Positions 39,265 through 52,487 of a stretch of DNA of 64,000 nt are shown here, piece by piece. Below the pieces are notes generated by a model. That model did no database searches and was not told where the DNA came from. It saw nothing but the letters and a program-made list of their open reading frames with translations. Position 1 is the first letter of the stretch, and every line of letters begins with the position of its first letter. Origin of the DNA: Lama glama (taxonomy: Eukaryota); contig CM052817.1 of NCBI GenBank assembly GCA_028534125.1, forward strand, positions 61,816,001 to 61,880,000. Direction: 5' to 3'. Made by a program: the position numbers and the translations under genes.

Positions 39265-39440
39265 CAGTGGTTTTCAAATTGTGGTCCCTGCATTAGCATG
39301 ACGTGGGAACCTGTTGGAAATAAAAATTCTTGTGTCCCAACTCAGATCCACTGAATCAAAAACTCCAGGGAATGAGTCCAGAAAACTGTTGTCACAAGCC
39401 CTCCAGGTGACACTGATGTGCAGCTGAAGTTTGAGGACTC
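39265..39440 (+). mobile_element. MER5A (hAT-Charlie MITE)
   Basis: CAGTGGTTTTCAAATTGTGGTCCC...ACTGAATCAAAAACTCC...ACAAGCCCTCCAGGTGACACTGATG...AAGTTTGAG. Confidence 0.88.
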
Positions 39441-40012
39441 TAGACCAAATTATATTGCTTGGTGAATAAGCTTGAACTAGACCTCACAGACAATGGAAAT
39501 TCATGGAAGATTTGTGAGCAGAGTTATGGAATGATTAGTGTTTTAGTTAGATAGTGGAGTCTTCTATCTTATTTTTCTAGTAAAGGAATTTTAGTTTAGG
39601 AAAATATAAAAATACCACCATATCTAGCAATGTGATTTAATCCATAGAAGGGTATGTTAGTTTGTAATCTCTTATAATTAAATATGAGTTGTCTAAGGAC
39701 TTAACGGAACTTTGGAAGTTTCAAACTTAAGTGATTTTTGTTCACTATAAATTATAAAATGATGCTTCCTTTTGTTTGCCATTTTGTTCCCTAAACTTAA
39801 AGTATTTTGCAGTTCTAACAGGACCTAGGTGTACTCTTAAATCCTGGAGATGTTCTCCAGATAAGTTTAGAAACTGGCTGAAGGCATTTCTCAGGTCACT
39901 TTACTGTGTAATTTTTTCCCAAATATGTTTTGCATTTTAAATGTTTTCATTTTTCCTCTTAATCTTGTTATGCATCAGCAACACATGATGTGTTGGCATC
40001 TTCTGGAATAAG

Positions 40013-40074
40013 ATTTGTTCCAAGTGAAAAGGACTAGGTTCACATTTGTTCCAATTGAAAAGGACTAGGTTCAG
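40013..40074. repeat. 31-bp tandem duplication
   Basis: ATTTGTTCCAAGTGAAAAGGACTAGGTTCAC / ATTTGTTCCAATTGAAAAGGACTAGGTTCAG (29/31 identical). Confidence 0.95.
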
Positions 40075-40849
40075 AAAATCTAGCTGGCCAAAAAGTTTAC
40101 CCAACAGAAACCTATATTGAATCTAAAAGGAATGTGCTCACATTCTCCATCAGAATTAAAATAGAATGAAGCCAAGAAGGTACTATTTGAAATTCGCTGG
40201 TCTTTATTCTGCATGAACAGCATTAACCAAATATATCATTGAGTCCTATAAATAATAGACAGTATGTTGAAAAGATCTTTTACCTTTGAGTCTGACATGG
40301 GGCTGACTGCACAAAATCTGATTATATCACCCATCTCCTTAAGAGTCTTAAGATTCACTACCGTAATTTCACTTTACTTCCCAGTGGTCTTATTTTATGT
40401 TAAATGAAATGTTGGTATTAACATTAAGCATTTTTACTCCTTAATGACCTAAGCCTGTAAAATATCCTAGAGCATATTTTACTCAGATCTTATCCAAGAG
40501 TTAACTGTTTGGGAAAAGGCAGCAGCCTTTTCTGATGGAAATCAAAATAACTGAATTTTAATTGTTGCCCTGCTATTCAGTACTTATGTGAGTTTGGACA
40601 TAAGCTTCAGTGTCTCAGAGGATGAGGTGACATATGAAAATATTGAAATAGTTTATATGAAAAGTTGGAGCACAGATATTAAAATAAACATAGAAACCAT
40701 TCAGCTAATTCTTAATTTACATACTTTAATTACACACCTAGCAACGTCCAGTGTTGTAACATGCCCTGTGAGTCCGAGGGAATACTTGCTGGTCACATCC
40801 TGGAGGGGAGGCAGGCAAATACAAAGAATACTTTGAGAGAACGTACTTG

Positions 40850-41162
40850 TGTATCTGACTTAAGACGTATCAGCTGGGTTGACAATTAAAAGCTGAGGAG
40901 GAGTAATTGGAACAAAAAAGGGAAGTAAGTTCCAGATAGGGGAACCAGCCTGAGCAGAACCCCAGAGAGACCTGAGGAAGCGTGGTATGGCCAGTGGACC
41001 ATGGAGGTTAGTGTAACTGCAGAGTTGGAGGTGAGGGATAGTGAGGGGCTAATGTGAGATTGTAAGCAGGAGACAGAAGATGTAGCTGTGTGTGGGCCCA
41101 GGCTGGGAAGCACATACTCCAGTGGGTTGCATAGGTCCATGACTGGCTGTTAAGGAGGAAGC
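40850..41162 (-). mobile_element. L2 fragment (left half of the outer L2)
   Basis: AAAGCTGAGGAGGAGTAATTGG...GTTCCAGATAGGGGAACCAGCCTGAGCAGAACCCCAGAG. Confidence 0.65.
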
Positions 41163-41174
41163 CACATAATCGTA

Positions 41175-42441
41175 TTTCCCACTGTCTTCCCTTTTGGTTA
41201 ATGGCGGTTCCATTCTTGTAGCTGATTAGGACTAAAACCCTTCCCATTATCGTTATCTCTTCATTATCTCTCATATGGTACACACCACCCATTAGAGAAT
41301 TATTTCAACCCTGTCTATATGGGGCACCCATGTGCACCGCTTCACAATCCTCTTGGGGTTCCCACTTACTGCTGTCACGGGTACAGCCAACAGTTCCATG
41401 AAGGCATTACCTTGCTTTATGAAGGTGGACTTGGATACTGTCTTACCTCTTGGCCTCCTGCCCTGCAGCCTCTTTGATGCAGCACGTGGAGCTTGGGCAG
41501 GAACCATGCTGTGCTCACACACAACTTGCAAAGAAGAGGCTGATAACTGCCCTGGGCCAGACTTGACCAATGGGGGATAAGAGCTGAGCGATAATTACTT
41601 CTTTTCTCCCTAGGACGGATATACTGAGACTAGTGTCGTACCTCTAGTGGGGGGAGCTAGATGAATCATCCTCAATTTGCCATTTCTTTTCTCTCCTGTT
41701 TGCCATCCCTGGTCATGCACTCCTGATTCCTGGGGTGACATTCCCCGTAAACTACCTGTTTGCAAGCAGTTGTCTTAGGCTTTACTTTCCTGGGAAGTTA
41801 AGGTTATAACAGTGCCTTCAAAACCCACCTTGAATCTGACCACTTCTCATCACCTTCCCCGCTACCACCCCTGTTCACACCACAGTCAGTGCTTGCCTTC
41901 ATCACCACAGTCATCTGCTCACTGGCTCTCTGCTTGTATTTTTGACCTTCTAGTCTATCCTTAGCACAGCAACCAGAGTAGAAGTTCCAACAAGGCCCCC
42001 TAGGACCTGTCCCTCTTTCCTGTCTAACCTCACCTCCTGCTGCTGTTTCTCTTGCTGGACAAACTGGTACCTGTTGCTCCTTAGGGACCCCAGGTGCACT
42101 TCCACCTCAGGCCTCCTGCTGCTCTTTCTTCTGTTTGGAACTCTCTTCACTCTCCCTTCTCAGAAATGATGCCCCAGTGAGGAAATTCTGACCATTCTCT
42201 TTAAAATAACCAACACTTCTGTCTCCCTTCCCTGCTTTACTTCTCTCCTGCACTTAGCATAATTAATATGCTTTCATGTTTATTTTGCTTTTCATCTCTT
42301 TTTCGCCAGTGAATATAACCTTTGTCAGGGCAGGGAATTGTGTCTGTATCTTTCCACTGCTATATCCTTGGGCCTAGAACAGAGCCGGGTACCTGATAGG
42401 TGCCCCCAAATAATTATTGAGTTAAGCAAGTGAATGAATGT
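41175..42441 (+). mobile_element. L2a 3' portion, interrupted by LTR16
   Basis: CCTTCAAAA...GAATCTGACCACTTCTCATCACC...GGGCAGGGAATTGTGTCTG...CCTAGAACAGAGCCGGGTACCTGATAGGTGC...GTGAATGAATG tail. Confidence 0.85.
41312..41811 (+). mobile_element. LTR16-family (ERVL) solo LTR
   Basis: TG...CA termini, internal TTGACCAATGGGGGA, and 3' end TTCCTGGGGTGACATTCCCCGTAAACTACCTG...TTGTCTTAGGCTTTACTTTCCTGGGAA...TATAACA. Confidence 0.7.
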
Positions 42442-42950
42442 GTGTTTGAGAAAATGTAATAATGGCTGTGGTAAAAGATGATTAGAGGAAGGCAGAGCCA
42501 GAGAGCAGAGATGAGGAGTCTGTTGGTAAGAAATGATGAGGGCCACATTTAGCATCTTTTAACAGCATCAGGGAGTCGAGGAAGGATTACAGAAAGATTT
42601 AGAAGAGGCAGATAACTGAAATGATTGTGTTGTGGATGGATTGGGTAAGAGAGGGAGACATCTAGGCACATTGTCAAGTTTCTCTTTGGCAGCTGCGTGG
42701 GTGGTGGTTATGTTCATCGGAGAGATACTGAAGAAAGGGCAGGTTTAGAAAGGACAAGGATAGGGTGTAGAGGCTTCAGGAAGAAGGAAGGGGAACTTCA
42801 GATTTAAATATGCTGAATTTGGTGTATCAGCAAGACTGTTAGCATGAACTGATAGAGACCCTGTAGTCAGGCGGCTATAAAACACTAGAGCTCGGAAAAG
42901 GGTATTTGGGTGTTAACTAGTGCCTGGGAAGGGAATTGTACCTTGAGGTA
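42442..42950 (-). mobile_element. L2 fragment (right half of the outer L2)
   Basis: GTCAAGTTTCTCTTTGGCAGCTGCGTGGGTGGTGG...GGGCAGGTTT...TTCAGATTTAAATATGCTGAATTTG. Confidence 0.65.
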
Positions 42951-44060
42951 GGCTAGTGACCTTATAAAAATCAAACAAGAAAAACCATATATTACTCCAT
43001 GTTCCTTTAGGAGCATAGGATTCTTAACTGTTGCCATTATTTCTTTCCTCGACTCTTTTTAAAAAAGTTTTAAAGAGAAAACCTTGAAAAAGAGAAAAGA
43101 GAAAGTGTCTCTGATTCATTTTTGTTGGGATTTTTGAAAGAATGAAAAGGGCATTTATCTGAGGATGAAGCATCTAAGTACCTCCAGAGTACAAAGAATT
43201 TACCTTCAGCTTGCCCTGGGTAGCCTCAAACTCTACATTTTACTTTCACAGCCATCTTCTTTTATTGAAAACATATTGAAGTACATTTTTTTTTCCTTTA
43301 GTCACCGGAAATGAGTATGTTCTTTAGTAAAACATCCAGAATGCACTTAATGAAAAATGTCTAAATGTTTCAAGTAAGATTCCTGGTATATATGTCTCTG
43401 TTTAATAATATAACTTTTAAGTGGTTGTGTTCTTCACCAATGTATTTTTCATGTATTTTGAAGCTTAGAGTTGTGCCAATGGCTTTCATTCCTCTGGTGA
43501 TTTTTATTACCTTATTTAGCTGAGAAGAGTTGAGCATTTTGAACTGGTCTTCAAGCTAGACATTTATTTAACAATTTGATTTCTCAAAGGAAGACACGCT
43601 TGGAAGAGATTACTGTATACAAATCTCTGGGCCAATAGAGGATAGGGATGGAAAAGATACTGAATCAAAACCAAAATCACTCTCTCTGATCTGTGACGTC
43701 TTGTAGTTGGTGAGTGCACCTTAGCTTTGGGTGATATCTTTGGTTATTTGAATTTAATCCTTGCTGTTTGGTCTCATGTTAACACTTTACATTACATGAC
43801 GATGTCAGTGATCTCACAGCCTTAACTTGGATTGGATGCTCACGAGAGCACAGAAGCATTAGGGGCTACGTGGATTTTGAATGCATACATGAGATCTAAA
43901 TTATATCGCTGACAGTAAAATTATAACCTTTTATTAGATGGAAGAAATTCCAAGAACCACAATTCCAGTGCCCTAGATAGTTCAGATTTAATTAAAAGGA
44001 CCTTTTATGTTTACTTAAAAGAAGCTTGGATATTTTGGGAAACTGAAAACTAAGAATAAC

Positions 44061-44541
44061 TGAATTAGGGTTCTCCGTAGAAACAGAATCGATAGGAAAT
44101 ACGTATATTTTTTCCATAAGGAATTGGCTCAAGTGATTTTGGAAGCTGACAAGTGCTAATAACTGCGTGCAGCAAGTTGGAGACCCAGGAGAGCCAATGG
44201 TGTAGTTCTAGCCCAAAAGTCGACAGCTTGAGACCCAGGAAGTGCTGATATTTCAATTTGAGTCTGAAGGAAGAAAAAATGTGATGTCCTAGCTTAAAGG
44301 CATCAGGCAGGAGAGACTCCCTCTTATTTGGAGGAGAGTCAGCCTTTCTGTGTTGTTCAGGCCTCCAGCTGATTAGATGAGGTCCATTTGCATTAGGGAG
44401 GGTGAACTGCTTTACACCGTCTATCAGTTGTAAATGTTAAACTCATCCCAGGCACCGTCACAGAAATACCAAAATAACATTTGACCAAATATCTGGGTAC
44501 CCATGACCCAGTCAAGTTAGCACATAAAGTCAATCATCACA
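44061..44541 (-). mobile_element. MLT2-family (ERVL) solo LTR
   Basis: TAGGGTTCTCCGTAGAAACAGAATCGATAGG...TAAGGAATTGGCTCA...GACCCAGTCAAGTTAGCACATAAAGTCAATCATCACA. Flanks ATAAC/GTAAC are a probable 5-bp TSD. Confidence 0.9.
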
Positions 44542-46794
44542 GTAACCTATTTCAAAATCTGTTCAAGTTCAATTAACTAGTGAGCATTTTAGGCATAGCT
44601 CTGTAGACTCAGCAGAGGGTAAGACATTTTGAGTATCTAAAGAAGTAGAAAGCAGGTGTCAGGTAATGCTTAGTAAGATCAAAATTAAGTAGCAGAAAAT
44701 CAAGGAAAAATGCAAGTTTTTAGTGTTTACACTTGTGTCTTGTTACATAAGACATTTTTCTTGTCTATTGAAACTAACTACATGGAACTAAAATTGAGTT
44801 CTTATTCTGAACTTTAAATTATTAAAACAGACATTAGGAAAACCATATACATACTTTTTTCATTTTTATTCGTTTTAAACTTTGTTCATATCACAGTACA
44901 TATTCATCTGGAAGGTGGTAGCATAATAATAAAGTAACGAACCAATAAAAGCTCAGTCTGTTAAAAAATTAGTATGTCTAGTGGATGTACAAGAAAAAAT
45001 TTTCTTTAGCAATTTTTGCCCCTGAGTTGTGTTAATCTATTCTTGCATCATGTTTGTGGCCCACTATTTTGTGCCATGTGTCTCTGAACTCAGGTCATAT
45101 AAAATGTTTCTGTACTTACTGGACATTATAGGTAAACAAAGTTTTGATTTTATTATTTTGCAAAAGAATGAGACCCCTTATAAACATAAGATAATTGTTG
45201 AGCCACAAAGCATAGCTTAACAAACAGTCATTACACATGTCTCCCTCCCCACCTCACCTGTACCCAGTCCATCCAGACTTTAGGAAGGAAAAGATACAGT
45301 GCACCTGGGGAAATGATTTTAAGAATTTAATGACTGTACTTGGGTTATTTAGATATTTTAGAGTCAAATGCAAAGCAAAAATCTGATTATTTTTTAATTT
45401 AAGAATAAAAAACATTTAAATGAATTAGAATTCTGAATTTGGCTCATATTTGGAAATTATAGAACTAGGGACTCCATTAAATAAGCATATTCATTTTCTG
45501 AATATTTATGTCATATTTTCTTCAAATTTGACTGATGTATCTTTTATTTCTGGTTGCCTCGTAATGACAAGGTAGTTACTTCTACAGTCCAGAGACTTTT
45601 GAGGGCAGGAGGTCTCTTTATAGGAACTTACTTGTTTGTCTCTCTTGGTTGAGGAAACAAAAGTTTTAAGAGGAAAGGGAAAACTATACATTTGGAAATA
45701 GCAAATATGTTTTCCCCTCTCTTGCAGTTACCTTTTTCAGACTGATTTAGTGAATCAGATGTGGTGGATTTGGAGAGACTTGTTCTCAGTGAGTTAATGT
45801 TTGACTTGCCAGGCCATTTGCACTTCCTAGGGTGACCTTGGGAACCCCGACGTGGCCATGATATCTTGTGAGCATCTCCCACCCTTTGGCAACTGGGAAA
45901 TATTCGAGGCTATGGCTTCATCAGGAGAAGTCAGTCTGTATGTTGGTATTACCTGACAGCTGTGTAGGATTGATGTAAAATGCAGCACTTTGGTGAATGC
46001 TTTCTTTGAAGACTCAAATCCAGTGTGAAAACTTTTTTGTTTTTAATATGAAAAAGGTTTGTGGCACTTTCATAATAGCTGGGCCTGCCTTGTTGATTTA
46101 GATCAAAATCATTTCCTCCCAACATCATAACCATTTTACTGTTCAGTGGTGCAGAAGGCAGCATAAAGAGTGAGTGAAGTGTTTTGGATCGCTTAGAATT
46201 GCATGAGTGATAAAAATGAAAATATCTCTGGCAGAGGTGATACTGTGGAGAACTTCGTATAAAGGCAACAATGAAAATCTCTCCACACTGAGAATTTCCC
46301 CAAGTGTCCTGGTGATGTGAGCCATTTGGACGAATACCTAACACGGCTCCGAACGCTTACATTTCCACTTAAGCTTTCATCGTGCCTGCTCTCCTTTGGA
46401 GTCTCCGCTGTTTTCTCTTTCAGCTTTCAGGAAGAGAAAACACAAACTCCTCTTAATGTTTAATGAATATTTATGAAGTCCTTTGACAATTAAGGGCTCA
46501 TTAAAATTCACTTCAAAAGAAAAGAGATTGAAAAACACTTTAAAAACCAAAGCGGAATATGGAGGCAAGTAGAAACTCGCATTTCTCTCTCCCACTGTAA
46601 GTCAGAAACACTGCAAATGAGCTGAGATTCTTATCAGAGCGATTCTAGATAGTAGTGTGAGAACAGTAGGCGGACATGATTATTGCACGGTGACTTTTAA
46701 CTTTGCATTGGCTGTTGTCTTGGTGAGTGGTTTTTTTTTTTTTCCCCTGTAGATACTAGGAAATCCTGCTTTTGTATGACATACCTTCATGGGT

Positions 46795-47001
46795 AGGAGA
46801 CCAGGCCTTGTTTAGTCAGACTTTGTGTGTTTAAATCTCAGTTTCAACTCTTTCTCTTATTACATGACCTTGAGCGAGTTCTCAGTGCCTCAGCTTCTGT
46901 ACTGTAATACGGGAGAAGTAACACTATAGACTAATAAGCTTGTTGGAAGAAGCACCTGAGTTATTACATGAGAAACACTGAGAACAGTGCCTGGCACTCA
47001 G
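46795..47001 (+). mobile_element. MIR SINE
   Basis: TGACCTTGAGCGAGTT...GTGCCTCAGCTTC...TGTAATACGGG...GAGAACAGTGCCTGGCAC. Confidence 0.8.
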
Positions 47002-48851
47002 GTTTGCTCTGCTTTGAGAAATCTCTCCTTTCAATTTGGAAAGGGCTTTGTTTTCCCCTGGCTGAGGTGATGCAAAGCAATAGTTAATGAATATTTCTGA
47101 TAGTTAGCGTCTCTTTTTATTTCCATTTTTCTCCATTCTTTCTTCCCAGGACCCCAAGCCTCTGTGTCCTGCCACTTACAGTTGCCTTGGACTGCAGCTG
47201 TCTCTTAGTCCAAATATGTCACACAGAACATAGGAATGCATAAGTATATATTCAGTCACTTTGAAAAGCACAGCCTTTTATGAATGAGAAATTGCCAGAG
47301 TTATCAAGGTGTTTTGAAGTGAGAGCCGTTATACCATTTTTGCTGTTATTCCATGTCAGTCATTGTTATTTGATACTAGAAATAAATACTTGGACATGAA
47401 ATCAGATAATGGCCTCGAAAGTTACATGCCTGCTCATCATTGTTTTAAATTTGAAATAGAAGTATGTGTTGGGATGAGCAGAGAAGTACTAAAGCATCCA
47501 TCCACATGTTGCTTTTTCTACCAGGCTTAACTTTTACAGAAGTAAGCATTGATGTGGACACCAAAATTTTGTCTCCTATTGATAAATGTATGCTTTTAAA
47601 GAACATCCCACTTATTCCTAAGTAATTTACCATCCTACTTTACACACTACAGGTCATAAGATTAAACTTGTCTTTGTAAAGTGCTGAGTTGCTGTGATTT
47701 AACTCAAACCTTATCTTTAAGACAAGCCTCATAAATTGAGTAATAATTAGTCATAGTTTCCACTGGAATTTTTACTGCTTTCACCATCTGCTCTTCTCAG
47801 TTTGTGAGAAGACCGGTACGAGGTTGGATCTATTTTACAATAACTAAGTAAACTTTGACTTCTAATAATTATTTTCTATTGAAAAAGTGATTGCTATATT
47901 TACAGGTTTTGAGAAGGTGATAGATTAACCTGCTGCAATTTATTCTTCAGCTTTTTCGATGCATCGTAGGGAGACTTTATTTTCACTGGTCATATGTGCA
48001 TGAAATAGTATTAGTAATGACCTTGATGTTAGAAAATAATCATTTTACCATTTACTGGCTATCGTATACTTGGGCGTGTGCGTACTCCTAGTTTTGGTTG
48101 CTGTTGAATTTGCCTTTGTAGTTCTTAGCCATCTAGTCCTCATTTTGGAGTGGGAATTCACTACAGAACACAACTAATTATTTCCGCATTTTTCTCTATT
48201 TTCCACATAGGCACTCAGTACATTAGCACTAGTCAGTCTGCTTGGTGCATGCTACAGGGGTGTGCTCGATAGCTTCCTTCTCCCATAAAGCCACTATCAC
48301 AACCCCAAGAGAGATGCCAAGAGCTAAAGGATCAAAGTTGTTATGTTGTCTAATGCAGAGAAGGAAGGTGAACTGTCAATATGCTGTAACTGTAAAACAG
48401 GCATAATTTTTTTATATGAATGCCTCGATGTTCAGAAAGCATGCAAAAAGAGTTCCCATTGTAAGGAGAAATAGAAAAGTCCAGTGAATAATCTTATCTC
48501 TTGCCAAGAGTCCCAGTTTGATTCACAACCCTCATTTCACTGTATATGGAGTAAAATTTCAGGATGAAGTGACACTTTGCTTGGAGGGATGAGCTTATTT
48601 TGTGTTCTACTGGAATCCGTTATGATAATGTGTATATATTTGCTCTTAGAAAACTACTTAGAAAAGTTAGAAAGTCTAGTTTTTAAAAAAGTGTTTATAC
48701 TTGAAAACTTAAATGTCTTTCCTTCAAAAATTTGCAAATGCTAAAATCAGAATTGGATGAGCTAGTTTACGTCGAACAATGAATTTCTTTGGTCACAAAT
48801 TTCAGCTAGTATTAATATACAAACTATTCCCACATACATGGGACAGATTCT

Positions 48852-48975
48852 TTAAGGTACTGTTCTAAGCGTTTTATACATACGAATGAATAAATACTAC
48901 TCTCCTCATTTTACAGATGAAGAAATTGAGGTTCATGGAGGTTAAGTAAATTGTCTGACGTCCCATGGCTAATTA
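48852..48975 (-). mobile_element. MIR SINE
   Basis: CCTCATTTTACAGATGAAGAAATTGAGGTTCATGGAGGTTAAGTAAATTGTC. Confidence 0.85.
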
Positions 48976-49779
48976 TTCAGATTAATAATGAGTTGGGTGA
49001 CTCATGTAAACAAGCGGTACTCCTTGCAATAAGGAGGTGATAGTTGATAGGACAGAATGTATGTCTGCAACTAACTGTTCTTCAAGGCGCAGTAAAATAT
49101 GTAACAAGGCAAATTTCCATGAGTAGCCAAAAGAAGACATACATTTCTAATTGAAAAATGTAACATAGGTGATGAAGGAGAAGGGGGGCTAATACTGGCT
49201 GAAAGAATATGAGCAGAGGCGTAGGAGTATAAAACAACGAGGTGCATGTAAGTAGGGCCAGCGAGCAGACCATGGCAGGAGGTGAGGGTGGAAAGATAGC
49301 TGGGGTCAGCTGATGCAGCACCTTGAGTGACTTCCTAAGAACTTCAGAGTTAGAGCTTTCTGTTTATTTTGCTTCAGCTTTTTGGTTTTGCAAGTTCATG
49401 CGAGTGTGTTGTTATTTTTAGAAGGCAGCAGTGCAAATAATGGATATAGAAGTGGGAGAAAGATCAGAGAGTACCGTACTAGTACTGATTAGAGAGAGGG
49501 ATAAAGGGGATAGAAAGGAGGGGCTCCAGCCAACAGCTTGTGTTTTGCCACAAGGAAACAGGGCAAACGTAGGAACATGTGTCTCTGTACTGGGGCAAAA
49601 GAAATCAAAGCTACACACACCTGCTGGTGGTAACAAGGACTTCTTTTTTTCCTTCCTCTTCTCTCTCTCGCCTCTTTCCTTCTTCCCCCAAACTCTCTTT
49701 TCTCCCCCTTTCTCCTCCCCCCCCCATTATTATTAGTAGTATTTATTATTAAATGATTTAATGAAAATCTCAGGTCAGC

Positions 49780-49915
49780 CTTAAGACCTTACATCTGAGC
49801 CTCAGTGATTTATAAAAATGGGAATAACCGTCCCTACTGCGCTGGCTCTGGTAAGACGTATGTGAAGTGTGTGAAAGCTCTTAGAACAGTGCTTCACCTG
49901 TAGTAAGTACTCAGG
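49780..49915 (+). mobile_element. MIR SINE fragment
   Basis: CTGAGCCTCAGT...TATAAAAATGGGAATAA...GTGAAAGCTCTTAGAACAGTGC...AGTAAGTACTCA. Confidence 0.75.
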
Positions 49916-50904
49916 AGTTTTCTTTTACTTGTGGATCACTTCAGCAGTTATTTACTTGCCCGAAGCATACAAAGCCATTGTGATGGCCTTTGTGTATACA
50001 GTGAAAGGTTAATGGGCAAGCCGCTTTCTACACACAACTTTCAGATTGTCTTCAAACATTTTAAAGCAAGTGGCTGTCATACCTATATATTCTCTTAATT
50101 GTCTTCCTGTTAACAACATAGGGCATCAAGAGTCTGATGGAGTCATATAACTGCCGTCTGTGATTATATACCAATGGAAGAGCTGAGGTACAGGATTAAG
50201 TGTAGACCAGTTTTAAAATTTCACTAACACTGTATGTGGGTGTTGCAGAATGCATGTGTGTATACTTTCTGAATCTGTTTAACACACACACATATACGTT
50301 GATACAAGTATCTTGCAAAGTGTAAGATGCACTAAAGACACAAAATACTGTTAAAAAAGTAGCAGCTAATGCTACCTACCAGTTGGTAACACCTTGTGAA
50401 GTGAATGAATATGACCTACAACGCATGCTGTTTTTAAGACACGTTCATGTAAAGTGCTCTGGAGGCAAAGTTGATGTGACATACTGAACAAGTCTAAATA
50501 TGAGTAAGTAATACTGGTACACTTCATGTGATGTGTAATGTTCTGTAGTGTGTCTTCATACAGTGCCACAATTATTGTCACTGCTAGCAGGAGCCATGAT
50601 AATGGAAATTCTATATGTCTTTTCTTCCAAATAGTGGAATCATTTTATAAAACAAATTACAAAGTGGTTAAATTGACAGAAATTAGAAATATGAATTAGT
50701 ACCAGTGATAAATAACAATAGGTCATAGAAAATAGACTTGTGTGTACACATTTTTTTTAACTGCTCTGTATCTTTAAATTGGTTCTGGATTCTGATAGTG
50801 GCTTTATAAATTAAACAGTTGGAGTGAAAGATGTATGCTTTTCTGTGTTACAAATCTCAGTCTTTACCATCAAGTTTTAATCCATAGATTTCTGAAAAAT
50901 GAAG

Positions 50905-51110
50905 GGAACTAACATTTATTGGGCATGTATGCTAAGTGCTTCATATAGTACTGCATTTAATCTTAGAATAGCCATATGACAAGTAAACATTATTACTCCT
51001 ATTTTCAAGATAGAGAAATGGGGGTCTAGAGGAACTGAGGAGTGTCTCCAAAGGCGTGCAGCTGATTAACCCAGCTGGGCAGGATCTCTGGCCCATGTGC
51101 TGTCTTTCAT
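50905..51110 (-). mobile_element. MIR SINE
   Basis: CTAACATTTATTGGGC...GCTAAGTGCTTC...CATTTAATCTT...ATTATTACTCCTATTTTCAAGATAGAGAAATGGGG. Confidence 0.75.
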
Positions 51111-52487
51111 AAATGAGTCCAGGTTACACTGGCATTAGAGACAGTGTCCAGAACCTTCCTTTCACATCCATGTTCCAATGTTTTGCTCGTTAATAACTTA
51201 AGATATAACTTAATTGAATTGGCTCTGTCAGAGTGGGGTCAGGGTCTTTCTTGTGTTTGAAAATTATATGTCTAGGGGGCAGAAGGAGTATCAGAAAAAT
51301 TCAGCTGCTTTTTTGCATTTTGTTTTCAGTTTTTAAAAGTGGAGGTTTTATCAAATAGCAATCACAGTAGAACATACACACACCCCTCTCTGAAATAGTC
51401 ATTAATATATGGCAGATAATATTGTTTGTACATTCTCTCACATTAGATGGCTCTTAAAACGTTCATAATAGGGAAGTGGTTCCACATACGCAGTCAACAA
51501 TTTATGTATGCCTGCTGGATGCCTGACATTATTTGAGATGCTGAGGATGTTGTGGTTAACCAAAGAGGTAGAATTCTTACTCTCATGCAGTTTATACCCT
51601 GACTGGAATATTCTAAATATTTCCCCCAAGTGTGAAGTAATAGCATTTTTAAGACCACATGTGAGAAATATGCTCTCAGAGTTTCTCCATAAAATGTTTT
51701 TAGATGGAGGAAAAGGTCTACTCAGCATATCCCTTCTTTAGGGTTTTGAATGGTATAAATTCTGACTTTTCTAAATTCAGAATTGGCTGTTTTCTGCAGC
51801 GTAAAGGAAAAACTGATCCGTGTTTGGAAATCAAGACATAAACTATGGTCAAATCAAGACATTAACATAAAGTTAGAGAAAAGCTTATCTCATTATGGTC
51901 AACCTTTCAGTGTTCAATATGAAAAAGAAAAAGTAATCAACCATACAGAAGAAACAGAAAATACTGCCCATGAGAGCTTACAACCAAAAAGCAAAACAAA
52001 GCGAACAAAAAAATCAACCAGGACTGGTTAGTGCCATATTTGGCAATTTTTTTTTCTTTTTAATTACTTTTCTGAGAATGTGAACTTTCTGTACCTGTTT
52101 ATTTTACTTTCATATTAATGAATCATTTCTTCTTAAATGTTCATCAACATTTCATAATGGGCAGCATCTAAGTGGTGCTAGCTTAATTAAAGTTCTGTAG
52201 TTTAATTGTGTTAAAGACCAGTTAATAACATTAAAACATAAATTTACATTGATAATTGCTTTCACATGTATTTGAAACACTACTTCTGCAAGCAATCTAG
52301 TATTTCTAAGTGAAAATCTCTCTTGAGAGCTCAAAAGGATTCGATAATTGTCTTAGTTTCTTCATTTTTTCTTTTAAACATTATCTCTTTTACTCCTACT
52401 GTTCAAAATTTCTCAACTTACATTAAGTATAAACTTTATATCTCTAATGGCCAATAGTTGGTCATCTAGTGTGACAACTTTCAAAAT

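Noticed and set aside
40013..40074. CRISPR-like repeat array
   Set aside because: Only two adjacent copies, no spacer, and a mammalian context. It is a simple tandem duplication.
45949..46344. 131-aa minus-strand ORF as a gene
   Set aside because: No recognisable domain, no ATG at the listed start, and no convincing splice context. The length is compatible with chance in 64 kb.
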